From Actinomycetota bacterium (GTDB taxonomy: Bacteria > Actinomycetota > Acidimicrobiia > Acidimicrobiales > Ilumatobacteraceae), in the NCBI GenBank assembly GCA_039177505.1, contig JBCDFR010000011.1, positions 4,536-68,535 on the forward strand: a stretch of DNA of 64,000 bases. Reading direction: 5' to 3'. Below are positions 25,772-34,722 of the stretch, in pieces. The translations under genes were made by a program, and so were the position numbers. The notes beneath the pieces are model-generated. The model made no database searches. It was not told the DNA's origin and saw only the letters and a list, made by a program, of their open reading frames with translations. Every line of letters begins with the position of its first letter. The first letter of the stretch is position 1.

Positions 25772-26271
25772 CGTGCCGACCCGTCCGATGGTGGCGTGTC
25801 CGACGGTGCGGCATCGCCTGACCGTGCCGCATCGGACGGCGGCGTGGTCGCTTCGGGGATGGTCCACTCGCGCTCATCGACGTACTCGCCATGGTCGTGC
25901 TCGATGCCGTCATCGTGGAGTCCACCGTGGATGGCGGCAATTCGCCGATCTTCGATGTCGTCTTCGACGAGGTCATTGCCGGTGAGCTGTTGCTGGCGCC
26001 GGGCGAGCGCAAGGACGAACAATGTCAGACCGAACGAGATCACGATGGCCGTCAGTGCCAGCGCCTGAGGCAATGGGTTGGCAAGGCTGCCGTCGGAGCC
26101 ATCGGCGATCGGGGCGTCTCCCGAGGGTCCCCCGGCGGCGATGAGCGCGAGCACCGTGGCGTGACCGATCAACGCGAAGCCGATCACGATTCGGCTGAGC
26201 GAACGTGCGGTGATGAGAAACGTCCCGGCCGCGGCAAGACCAGCGACCCCGAGGATCAGCGCGGCGCTCAC
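25768..26271 (-). CDS. mrpC: Na+/H+ antiporter subunit C (NuoK-like) with ~55-residue acidic/His-rich C-terminal extension
   Basis: The N-terminal ~110 aa form three TM segments (...NPLPQALALTAIVISFGLTLFVLALA). The tail is DDIEDRRIAAIHGGLHDDGIEHDHGEYVDEREW... Confidence 0.85.
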   Translation of the reverse strand: MSAALILGVAGLAAAGTFLITARSLSRIVIGFALIGHATVLALIAAGGPSGDAPIADGSDGSLANPLPQALALTAIVISFGLTLFVLALARRQQQLTGNDLVEDDIEDRRIAAIHGGLHDDGIEHDHGEYVDEREWTIPEATTPPSDAARSGDAAPSDTPPSDGSAR

Positions 26272-26768
26272 GCCTTGTCCTCCGAAGCTCCACTCGACTC
26301 ACCGGTTCGCACATCGATCTCGGCCCGACGGACGCGTGAGGTGCGCCGCGCATCCTGGGACAGATCGGTGGCCCCGAGTCCATCGAGCAACGACAGGATC
26401 AGGCCGACGACGATCAGCGTGACGCCGATGTCGAAGGGCAAGGCACTGCCGGACTTGACCTTGCCGAGGACCGGAACCGTCCCTTCGATCACCACCTGGT
26501 TGAGCAGCGGCTCGCCCCACAACAGCGGTGCCAGCGCACACACACAGACGATCACTCCGCCCCACGCGAGGTAGCCGACGGCGTGCTCGGGTCGCTGCAG
26601 GCCGGCGACGGTGCGCAACACGACCACTGCGCCGAACAGCAGCCCGGCGGCGAAGCCGCCTCCCGGTTGGTTGTGACCGGCGAAGAGTGCGAACGCGCCG
26701 ATCATGATCGCCAGCGGACTGGCGGCCTGAATAGCCAGCCGCACGATCGGCGAACGACTGGCGATCAT
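26268..26768 (-). CDS. mrpB: Na+/H+ antiporter subunit B
   Basis: MnhB block FAGHNQPGGGFAAGLLFGAVVVL. 4-nt overlaps with mrpA and mrpC. Confidence 0.85.
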   Translation of the reverse strand: MIASRSPIVRLAIQAASPLAIMIGAFALFAGHNQPGGGFAAGLLFGAVVVLRTVAGLQRPEHAVGYLAWGGVIVCVCALAPLLWGEPLLNQVVIEGTVPVLGKVKSGSALPFDIGVTLIVVGLILSLLDGLGATDLSQDARRTSRVRRAEIDVRTGESSGASEDKA

Positions 26769-29098
26769 GACGACACGTCCTCGGTCAGTCGTTCGTCGTC
26801 GTCGGACTCGTCGATCGGGTGTGCGTCGAGACCACTTGCTTCCTCGTCGCGCCGGACCTTGGCGAGCGTGAGAATGCCGAGGGCCACCACGATCAATACG
26901 ACTACCTCGCCGAGCGTGTCGAGGGCACGAATGTCGGTGAGGATCACGTTGACGACGTTGTTGCCGCCACCTTCGTTAACCGCACCTTCGGTCAGTTCGT
27001 CGATGGGCGGTGTGCCGGTCCGGTCCGAGGCGCTGGCCGCGAGGGCCACTGCGACGACGATACCGACGCACACCGATGCGATGATGCGCCACACGAGCCA
27101 CGGGCGCGACACCGCCGGGAAGCGCCGTCGCAGCGCGCCGAGGCCGACGACGAAGCCGACGACGACGACGGTCTCCACCAACAGCTGCGTGAGTACCAGG
27201 TCGGGCGCGCCTTGGCCGAAGAACAAACCGGCAACACCGAAGCCGACCGCTCCGAGCACCATCGCAGCAGCGAGCCGGGTGCGAATGATGGTGGCTGCGA
27301 TCGATGCGGCGACGACCAGCACGACGAGTGCCGCTTGGGTGGCGTTGTCCCACCGATACAGCACCCCGATGTCGACCTCGGCGTAGAAGGGACTGATGGC
27401 TGCGAGCAAGACGAGCACAGTGGTGGCCAGATACGCCGGCAGCGAGCCGTGCTGGACGATGGCCGCCACGCGTCTGGCGAGCACAACGATCGAGTCGATC
27501 CCCCAGTCGACGCCATAGGCACCGCGCGGCAGCGGCCCGTCGACCACCCGTCGACGATGCAGCACCCAACCGATCACCGCTCCGAGGCCGATGATGATGC
27601 ACGAGATGACAAACGCGTCCTTCAGGCCAGGCCAGCGGATCAGCGAGTAGACCTCCGACGACTGCTGCACGAGCACGCTCACCGGGCGGACGACAACGTC
27701 GGTCACCCAGGTGAGGAACACGAAGCCGAGCAATGACGCGGCGCCCAGCACGATCTCTGGCCCCGACATCGCCCACCGCCGGGGCGCGACCGCGGTGGGC
27801 TCATCTCCCCTTCGGGCCGGACTGAACACGCCGAGCAACAGCCGAGCGGTGTAGGCCACGGTGAGCACCGAACCACCGAGCACACCAACGCCGACGATGA
27901 ACTGGTCGAACCCCGAGAGTCCGAGCACGGCTTCCACTGCTGCTTCCTTGGCCGGGAAGCCGAGCATGGGTGGTACACCGGCCATCGAAGCACCCGCCAG
28001 GACGGCGACGACAAAGGCGACCGGCATCGATCGGGCCAGACCGTGGAGTTGGTTGATATCGCGGGTGCCTGTGCGCACGTCGATATCGCCGACCACCATG
28101 AACAGCGCCGCCTTGAATACGGCGTGAGCGACGAGGATCGACATTGCAGCGAAGGTCGCCTTGCCCGTGCCAACCGCCAGCAGCGTCACCAGGAGACCCA
28201 ACTGCGACACCGTCCCCCAAGCGAGGATGAGCTTGGCGTCGACGTGACGCAGCGCACCGATTGCGCCCCAGACGATGGTGATGATGCCGAAGGTCAGCCC
28301 CAGCGGCTTCCAGGCGTCGGTATCGCGCAGGGCGGGCGCGAGCAGTGCGATCAGGATCACGCCAGCTTTGACCATCGTGGCCGAGTGCAGGTAGGCGCTG
28401 ACCGGGGTTGGCGCAGCCATTGCGCCCGGCAACCACACGTGGAACGGCACCTGCGCCGACTTGGTGGCAGCGGCGACGATGACGAGCACGCCCGCCGCGG
28501 TGGCTTGGCCGCCCGAGAGCGCCGACAGCTCTGTGAGGCGCGCCGATCCAGCAGCGTCGACGAAAAGAACGAACCCGGCGAGCAACACCAGCCCGCCGCT
28601 CGCGGTGATCACCAGTGCTCGGCGGGCGGCAGTGCGCGCCACCGGGTCGGTGTTCTTGAATCCGACCAAGAGGAACGACGTCACCGACGTGAGCTCCCAG
28701 AACACGAACAAGGTCCACACCGTTTCGGCCCAGACGAGCCCGAGCATCGCCGTGGAGAACGCGAGCAGCGTGGCGGCGAACCGCCCGACACCCGCAGCAG
28801 ACGCCGAGAAGTACCCGCTGGCATACACGCAGACGAGCGCCCCGATGCCCGACACCAACACGGCGAGCAGGGCACCCATCGCGTCGACGCGGAAGGCGAA
28901 CTCGAGATCGAGTCCGGTGACCCACTCGACGCCAACGCTGGTGGTGGTCGTCGTGCCCAGTTGCGTCCATGCCCAGATCGCCGTGGCGGCCATTGGTGCG
29001 CCGGCCAGCCACAACGAGGCACGCCCACCTACTCGCGCAGCAAAGGCCGGAATGGCGGCGGCCACGACGACGTGGGCCGCAAGGAGGGCCCAGATCAC
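26765..29098 (-). CDS. mrpA: Na+/H+ antiporter subunit A (NuoL-like, with C-terminal MnhB-type domain)
   Basis: GTG 29098 gives VIWALLAAHVVVAA. NuoL-like blocks present: SAYLHSATMVKAGVILIA, WGTVSQLGLLV. The C-terminal part contains additional TM helices. The start is uncertain; the track ORF extends to 29260. Confidence 0.9.
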   Translation of the reverse strand: MIWALLAAHVVVAAAIPAFAARVGGRASLWLAGAPMAATAIWAWTQLGTTTTTSVGVEWVTGLDLEFAFRVDAMGALLAVLVSGIGALVCVYASGYFSASAAGVGRFAATLLAFSTAMLGLVWAETVWTLFVFWELTSVTSFLLVGFKNTDPVARTAARRALVITASGGLVLLAGFVLFVDAAGSARLTELSALSGGQATAAGVLVIVAAATKSAQVPFHVWLPGAMAAPTPVSAYLHSATMVKAGVILIALLAPALRDTDAWKPLGLTFGIITIVWGAIGALRHVDAKLILAWGTVSQLGLLVTLLAVGTGKATFAAMSILVAHAVFKAALFMVVGDIDVRTGTRDINQLHGLARSMPVAFVVAVLAGASMAGVPPMLGFPAKEAAVEAVLGLSGFDQFIVGVGVLGGSVLTVAYTARLLLGVFSPARRGDEPTAVAPRRWAMSGPEIVLGAASLLGFVFLTWVTDVVVRPVSVLVQQSSEVYSLIRWPGLKDAFVISCIIIGLGAVIGWVLHRRRVVDGPLPRGAYGVDWGIDSIVVLARRVAAIVQHGSLPAYLATTVLVLLAAISPFYAEVDIGVLYRWDNATQAALVVLVVAASIAATIIRTRLAAAMVLGAVGFGVAGLFFGQGAPDLVLTQLLVETVVVVGFVVGLGALRRRFPAVSRPWLVWRIIASVCVGIVVAVALAASASDRTGTPPIDELTEGAVNEGGGNNVVNVILTDIRALDTLGEVVVLIVVALGILTLAKVRRDEEASGLDAHPIDESDDDERLTEDVSS

Positions 29099-29194
29099 AA
29101 CGGCAGGTGGCGGGGGTGGTGCGGCATCGACGGGAGCGGGATGGGGGTTCCCGAACGATGACAGTATAGGGGGCTCACAACATGCGCTCTCCAA

Positions 29195-29223
29195 TTGACG
29201 ATTTGCATCGTACGAATTAGTGT
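29195..29223 (+). promoter_or_regulatory. Candidate sigma-70-type promoter (-35 TTGACG, 17-nt spacer, -10 TAGTGT) for the sigma-factor gene; spacing predicts a leaderless mRNA
   Basis: TTGACG at 29195-29200 and TAGTGT at 29218-29223. ATG 29230 begins 7 nt after the -10. The region is locally AT-richer. Confidence 0.45.
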
Positions 29224-29229
29224 GCGTAT

Positions 29230-30078
29230 ATGCCGACCGATCAAGCCGTACGCCAACCACGAACGATCCCTCAACCGGGGTGGCGACAGAGTCATCGACT
29301 GCTCACGGCGGTCGAAGAGCGCGAGTTAGCACAACGAATCGAAGCGGGCCGCGATGCGCAAGCGCGCGTCGACGACGGATGCGGCCGACCCGGCGACGAC
29401 GACGTGATCGGGGGTGCACACCGAGCCCGCCACGAATTCATGGAGTGCAACGTCCGACTCGTGCAGAGCGTGGCCAACGGTTTTCATCTGCCAGGGCACG
29501 TGGATCGTGAAGACGCCGTACAGGACGGCATGCTCGGGCTCGAACGTGCTGTCGATCGGTTCGACTGGCGTCGTGGCTACAAGTTTTCGACGTACGCCAC
29601 GTGGTGGATCCGCCAAGCGATCCAGCGCGGGCTGGAGACCACCTCATCGACCATTCGCATCCCCGCCCAGCGGGCGCGCGAACTGCGCTCGGCGCACGCC
29701 TCGGCGATCGCCACGCCCGAACAGGGTCGCCGCCCACTCAGCGCCGCCCTCGCGACGATCGACCAGCTCACTACCACCGATTCGATCGATCGCCTCGTCG
29801 GTGACGCTCCCCTCGGGTCAATGCTCTCAGGCGACATCGAGCCACCCGAAGAACGGGCGATGCGGACGGTCACCGATCAAGCGGTCCGCCGACTGGTCGA
29901 CGATCTCGATCCGCCGACGCGCTACGCCGTTCGGGCGCGCTTCGGCCTCGACGACGACGTCCCGGCGACCTATGGCCAGATCGGACTCGAGCTCGGCGTC
30001 ACCGCCCAAGCGGCGCGTCGACGCGTCGAACGAGCACTGGGGCGGATGCGCGAGGACGCAGCGCGGTTCGTCGCCTGA
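29230..30078 (+). CDS. RNA polymerase sigma-70 family factor (regions 2, 3 and 4 present; no region 1.1)
   Basis: Region 2: DAVQDGMLGLERAVDRFDWRRGYKFSTYATWWIRQAIQRGL. Region 3: IRIPAQRAREL. Region 4.2: YGQIGLELGVTAQAARRRVERALGRMR. Confidence 0.9.
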   Translation: MPTDQAVRQPRTIPQPGWRQSHRLLTAVEERELAQRIEAGRDAQARVDDGCGRPGDDDVIGGAHRARHEFMECNVRLVQSVANGFHLPGHVDREDAVQDGMLGLERAVDRFDWRRGYKFSTYATWWIRQAIQRGLETTSSTIRIPAQRARELRSAHASAIATPEQGRRPLSAALATIDQLTTTDSIDRLVGDAPLGSMLSGDIEPPEERAMRTVTDQAVRRLVDDLDPPTRYAVRARFGLDDDVPATYGQIGLELGVTAQAARRRVERALGRMREDAARFVA

Positions 30079-30115
30079 CGCTGGTCCCTCACACGTCAAT
30101 CGGTACGCGCCGGTC

Positions 30116-31078
30116 TCACCGAGCGACTTCGTTGCGGAGCGCGGCGCCGCGTAACAGACGCTCGAGATTGTCGAAGAACAGCTCGTCGACGGTCGCAGCG
30201 GTGCGGTCGGTGGTACCCGAGTTATGCGGCGTGATGATCGTGTTCGGCGCGTCCCACAATGGATCGTCGGCCGGCAACGGCTCGGGATCGAACACGTCGA
30301 GACCCGCCCCCGCAATCGATCCGGACTGCAGCGCATCGAGCAGAGCGGCCTGGTCGACCAGCTCGCCTCGCCCCACGTTGACGAACAAAGCGTCGGCCGC
30401 CATCGCCTCGAACACCACTGCGTCGACCACGCCACGCGTGTTGTCGGTGAGCGGAACGGCGAGGACGACAGCGCCTGCAGTACGCACCGCATCTGCGAGT
30501 TGACCGATCGGCCGAACTGGGTGCGGCTCGTCACCACGCGCCGCGCGGCGGACGATCACCGGGTGCATGCCCAACGCGCCGCCGAGTCGGGCGACCGCCT
30601 GTCCGATCGGCCCCCAGCCCACGATGACCAGCTCGCGACCGGCCAGATCCTGGTACCGCTGAGGGGCCCACTCGTGACGCGCCTGCGCTGCCGCGAGTCG
30701 TGGGAGCTGGCGGGACAACGCGAGGAGGTACATCATTGCGGTGCCGGCGATCGGTTCCGCGCTCGCGCCGGACGAGGTCGTCAGCCGTACGCCGCGATCG
30801 ACAAAAGTCTGAAACACCGGATGGTCGACGCCGGCAGACATCGTGTGCAACCACTGCAACCGCGGAGCGTCGAGCGCAACCGCCATGAAGTTGGGGGTCA
30901 GCTCGGGCCATGCGTCGTTGGAGAAGAACGCCATCGTCAAGGCTGAGACATCCGACGGGAGGACGGTCACGCCTGCGTCGATCTCGACCACTCGAACCCG
31001 GTCAAGCGCCTCGATGCGGTCGCGATGACGGGCGTGGGTCGCGGCGGTGAGCAGCAACACGTCGGTGCGGTCGGGCAT
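30116..31078 (-). CDS. D-isomer-specific 2-hydroxyacid dehydrogenase family protein
   Basis: ATG 31078 gives MPDRTDVLLL. NAD loop VIVGWGPIGQAVARL; also VNVGRGELVD, GLDVFDPEPLP, ITPHNSG. The upstream 284 codons of the track ORF are antisense to the next gene. Confidence 0.85.
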   Translation of the reverse strand: MPDRTDVLLLTAATHARHRDRIEALDRVRVVEIDAGVTVLPSDVSALTMAFFSNDAWPELTPNFMAVALDAPRLQWLHTMSAGVDHPVFQTFVDRGVRLTTSSGASAEPIAGTAMMYLLALSRQLPRLAAAQARHEWAPQRYQDLAGRELVIVGWGPIGQAVARLGGALGMHPVIVRRAARGDEPHPVRPIGQLADAVRTAGAVVLAVPLTDNTRGVVDAVVFEAMAADALFVNVGRGELVDQAALLDALQSGSIAGAGLDVFDPEPLPADDPLWDAPNTIITPHNSGTTDRTAATVDELFFDNLERLLRGAALRNEVAR

Positions 31079-31141
31079 CGCCAGATCGAAGCACGCGCCG
31101 TCACTTCGTGTCGAGATCGGCGGGCGGGTCACACTGACAGC

Positions 31142-32287
31142 ATGAGAACCGCAGCCACGGAGATGCTCGACATCGAGTTCCCGATCTTTGCGTTCAGCCA
31201 CTGCCGCGACGTCGTGGCGGCAGTGTCGAGAGCTGGGGGCCTCGGCGTGCTCGGGGCCGTCGCCCACTCGCCCGAGCAACTCGAGATCGACCTCCAGTGG
31301 ATCGAGGACGAAATCGGCGACCTGCCGTACGGCGTCGACCTGATCATCCCGGCGAAGTACGCCGGCGAGGAAGACGGGGGATACACGCTCGACGACATCG
31401 CTGCGCTGATCCCCGACACACACCGCGAGTTCGTCAACGACATCCTCGCCCGATACGACGTGCCCGACCTGCCGGCAAACGACGACACCAGGGCGAGCAC
31501 CGCAGTGTCCGGTAGCGGCGGCGACGCACCCTTCAGCGCGAACACCGCGGGACCACAGCTCGAGATCGCCTTGGCCCACCGGACCGCGTTCGTGGCCAAC
31601 GCCCTCGGCCCGCCACCGCAGTTCTTGATTGATCGGGTCAAGCAGGAAGGACGGCTCATCGGCGCTCTCGCGGGCCGGCCACAACACGCCGAGCGGCACC
31701 AAGCGGCCGGCGTCGACCTGATCATCGCCCAAGGTTCCGAGGCCGGCGGACACACGGGTGAAATCGGGTCGATGGTGCTGATCCCCGAAATCGTCGACGC
31801 TGTCGACATCCCGGTACTCGGCGCGGGCGGTATCGGCCGGGGTCGGCAGATGGCAGCCGCGATGGCCCTCGGTGCACAGGGTGTGTGGTGTGGTTCGGTG
31901 TGGTTGACCACCGACGAGGCCGAGACACATCCGGTGGTGAAGGAGAAGTTCCTCGCCGCATCGTCGGCCGACACGATCCGCTCACGCAGCCTCACCGGCA
32001 AGCACGCCCGCATGCTGAAGTCGGCGTGGACCGAAGAATGGGCTCGCGAAGACACACCTGACCCGCTCGGTATGCCGCTCCAGCCGATCCTGACCAACGA
32101 GGCGCAGCGGCGGATCTCGCGTGCCGCCCACACGAACGGATCTGGCGCCGAGAAACTCGCCAACTACTTCGTCGGTCAGATCGTGGGCACGATGAACCGC
32201 CCCAGGTCGGCCGGGCAAGTCGTGATGGACATGGTCGAGGAGTTCATCGAGGCGACCGAGTCGTTGAGCAAGCAGCTCGAGGTCTGA
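31142..32287 (+). CDS. Nitronate monooxygenase / NMO-family FMN oxidoreductase (FabK-like)
   Basis: ATG 31142. Blocks: IEFPIFAFSHCRDVVAAVSRAGGLGVLG, DLIIAQGSEAGGHTG, PVLGAGGIGRGRQMAAAMALGAQGVW. Confidence 0.85.
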   Translation: MRTAATEMLDIEFPIFAFSHCRDVVAAVSRAGGLGVLGAVAHSPEQLEIDLQWIEDEIGDLPYGVDLIIPAKYAGEEDGGYTLDDIAALIPDTHREFVNDILARYDVPDLPANDDTRASTAVSGSGGDAPFSANTAGPQLEIALAHRTAFVANALGPPPQFLIDRVKQEGRLIGALAGRPQHAERHQAAGVDLIIAQGSEAGGHTGEIGSMVLIPEIVDAVDIPVLGAGGIGRGRQMAAAMALGAQGVWCGSVWLTTDEAETHPVVKEKFLAASSADTIRSRSLTGKHARMLKSAWTEEWAREDTPDPLGMPLQPILTNEAQRRISRAAHTNGSGAEKLANYFVGQIVGTMNRPRSAGQVVMDMVEEFIEATESLSKQLEV

Positions 32288-32288
32288 C

Positions 32289-33257
32289 ATGGACGAGATC
32301 GCGGTCGACAACGACGGCATCACGATCGGCGCAACGGTCGCCAACCTCGAGCAGACCGATCGACCACCGCTGGTGTTCGTTCACGGCTGGCCGGAATTGA
32401 GCCACTCGTGGCGCCATCAAATGGAGCACTTCGTTGCCGCTGGCTGGCCATGCGTCGCCATCGACGTTCGCGGATACGGCCGCAGCAGCGCGCCGCCGGA
32501 GATCGCGCGGTACACACTGAAAGAGCTGGCGGGTGACGTGGCCGCAGTGATCGAGGACGTCGGCGATCGTCCGGCGATCGTGATCGGACACGACTGGGGT
32601 GCGCCCATCGTGTACCACACGGCGATTCGCCATGCGGATCTCGTAGCGGCCGTCGCCGGCATGAGCGTGCCGCACACGCCACCGCTCCCGATCTCACTGC
32701 TCGACGTGTTCGACCAGATGTACGCCGATCGGTTCTTCTACATGCTGTATTTCCAGGAACCCGGAATCGTCGAGGCGGCGTTCGATCGCGATCTGCGCGA
32801 CGCGCTCAAGCGCGTGTACTTCGCGCTCTCGGGAGACGGTCCGGATAGTCCCCTCTCGTCCGACGCCGGTCGCGACGCCGGGCTGCTCGACCTGTTGCCC
32901 CCAGCGCCCGACGGGCCACTGTCGTTCATGAGCGAAAGCGACCTCGATGAATACGTCGAGGCCTTCGGTCGCGTCGGCATGGTCGGCGCCTTCAACCGCT
33001 ACCGCGCACTGGCGGTCGATCCCGACGACAACGCCGATGTGGTCGGCGCACCCATCGCCCAACCATCGATCTTCATTGGCGGAGCGAAAGACTCGGTCCG
33101 CAGCATGGTGCCGGGATCGGACGCGTTCGCCGATCCCGGGAGCGGGTGCGCCGACTTCCGAGGCGCCACCATCGTCGAGGGTGCGGGGCATTGGGTCCAA
33201 CAAGAGTCACCCGCCGTGGTCAACGCCGCACTCGCAGCCTTTTTCGACGACCTCTGA
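32289..33257 (+). CDS. Alpha/beta hydrolase, epoxide-hydrolase-like
   Basis: HGWPELSHSWRHQ; nucleophile elbow GHDWGAPIV; C-terminal GAGHWVQQE. Starts 2 nt after the upstream stop. Confidence 0.85.
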   Translation: MDEIAVDNDGITIGATVANLEQTDRPPLVFVHGWPELSHSWRHQMEHFVAAGWPCVAIDVRGYGRSSAPPEIARYTLKELAGDVAAVIEDVGDRPAIVIGHDWGAPIVYHTAIRHADLVAAVAGMSVPHTPPLPISLLDVFDQMYADRFFYMLYFQEPGIVEAAFDRDLRDALKRVYFALSGDGPDSPLSSDAGRDAGLLDLLPPAPDGPLSFMSESDLDEYVEAFGRVGMVGAFNRYRALAVDPDDNADVVGAPIAQPSIFIGGAKDSVRSMVPGSDAFADPGSGCADFRGATIVEGAGHWVQQESPAVVNAALAAFFDDL

Positions 33258-33285
33258 TCGATCGCTCGCGTCGACCCACCAGCGG

Positions 33286-34638
33286 CTATCGAATCGATCC
33301 CGATGGCAACAGGGTCACCTTGGGGTGGCCGCCTCGGAACACGGTGATGTCGCCGTCCTCGGACACCTTCAACGCGACGAGCGCGAGTTGTGACAGCGAC
33401 TTCGCCGCTGCGGTGCGCGCCCCTTCGTGCTGACTGTCGGAACTGGTGAGAATGGCGCCGTAGCTAATCAACCTGCCGTTGCGATCGACGATCGTCGCAC
33501 CGTCGAGTTGTCCGAGTCGAGCCAAGGTTTGGGCGTCGACGTCTCCGCCGTCGATCAGATGGTGCAGACGCGTCTCGGGGCGCATTGCGTCGACGTCGTA
33601 CTCATCGCGCAAGTCGAAACGATCTTTGGCGGGAACGACGTCGCCGAGATCGGCAGGTTCGTCGACGATTCCGAAAATCGCCCCTCCCTCGCGGATCGAC
33701 ACGAGCAGTGATGCCTGGACGACCAGATCAACTGCCGGGCTCTCGATGATCGACGAACCGAGCGTGCGCGCCAACCACAGCGGGAACGCACTCCAGTGCT
33801 CACTCCGTCGGATCACGAGCGGCTGACCATCGAGGAAGGTCCAGATACTGCGGTCTTCGCGCAAGAAGAAGCCGATGCCGCCGAGCTGTCGGGTGACCTG
33901 GCCGACGAGCGAACCGCTGTCGACGAACTCGCGATCGATCGGGCCCATCGGGACGGTGCTCGGGTGCAGCCGGTCTGGGCGATGCGCCTGGAGCTCGGTG
34001 CGGGCCCGCCCGTGTTGATCGACGAGCAACACCGCGCGCTGGCCGTCGAACAACAGCGGACTGCGCTTGGCGTCGCGCAGACCGGCGGGGTACGGCACCG
34101 ACAAGCGGGGTTCATCGGCGATGGCGTCGGTGATCACGACACCATGGGTCAAACGGCGCGACTCCACCCGAGCGCCGCCCAGCTCGATGAGGTACTCCAA
34201 CGTGTCGGCGAGCAGCTCCGTCGGCGCGCACGCTGGGTCGAACCAGCCCTGATGCTGACCGAGCAGCTCGACGACCACGGTGTCGCGCAACGCTCGCTCC
34301 ACCGACGGGCTCAGACGATCGTCGCCGGTGAGGTGACGAAAACCTTTCGCCGCCCGCAACGCGGCATTCGGGAGGGCGAGCAGCGCGTCGGGCACCGACT
34401 CGATCGTGGCGATACCGCGGTCGCGTAATCCCACGCTGATCGTGGTGCGCCATCCGGGAACGACTTCGGCAGACGCCGACGTGATCGCCGGACTCGGCGG
34501 TGCGGGCATGCTGGGTGGCTCGTCGAGCGACTCGTAGCGCAGGTCGACGGTGGCGTTGGGAATCAACTCGCCGATAAAACGGACGACCGCCTCGCCGACC
34601 GGATCGGTCGGCGTGCTCACCGCAGCATCGAGCGCCAT
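33286..34638 (-). CDS. Soluble protein with C-terminal DisA_N/DAC (diadenylate cyclase)-like domain and uncharacterised N-terminal region
   Basis: ATG 34638 gives MALDAAVSTP. C-terminal blocks are GAIFGIVDE, LDGATIVDRNGRLISYGAIL, HEGARTAAAKSLSQ and LKVSEDGDITVF. These match the DAC block order with DGA retained and RHR replaced by RTA. No TM segment. Confidence 0.6.
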   Translation of the reverse strand: MALDAAVSTPTDPVGEAVVRFIGELIPNATVDLRYESLDEPPSMPAPPSPAITSASAEVVPGWRTTISVGLRDRGIATIESVPDALLALPNAALRAAKGFRHLTGDDRLSPSVERALRDTVVVELLGQHQGWFDPACAPTELLADTLEYLIELGGARVESRRLTHGVVITDAIADEPRLSVPYPAGLRDAKRSPLLFDGQRAVLLVDQHGRARTELQAHRPDRLHPSTVPMGPIDREFVDSGSLVGQVTRQLGGIGFFLREDRSIWTFLDGQPLVIRRSEHWSAFPLWLARTLGSSIIESPAVDLVVQASLLVSIREGGAIFGIVDEPADLGDVVPAKDRFDLRDEYDVDAMRPETRLHHLIDGGDVDAQTLARLGQLDGATIVDRNGRLISYGAILTSSDSQHEGARTAAAKSLSQLALVALKVSEDGDITVFRGGHPKVTLLPSGSIR

Positions 34639-34722
34639 AGAGCGCCGAGTCTCGCAGCCGATGTTGCGGATGGCACCGCGCTCGACGGTGCAATTCGCCG
34701 CGTTCTCCGGCACCGTGGTGTT

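Noticed and set aside
24351-26012. 553-aa minus-strand ORF; likewise 27801..29012 (-) and 28043..29161 (+) within the mrp operon
   Set aside because: These are out of frame or antisense to mrpD/mrpC/mrpA, which encode coherent polytopic membrane proteins. The alternative products are Arg/Gly/Asp-rich with no TM character.
29112-29147. Cluster of G-runs (GGGGG, 15 nt, GGG, 3 nt, GGG, 2 nt, GGGGG) as a potential G-quadruplex upstream of the sigma-factor promoter
   Set aside because: Such motifs are expected by chance at this base composition. One loop is long, and nothing else supports a function.
31079-31930. Upstream 284 codons of track ORF 30116..31930
   Set aside because: These are antisense to the nitronate-monooxygenase-family gene. 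The 2-hydroxyacid dehydrogenase homology starts at ATG 31078.
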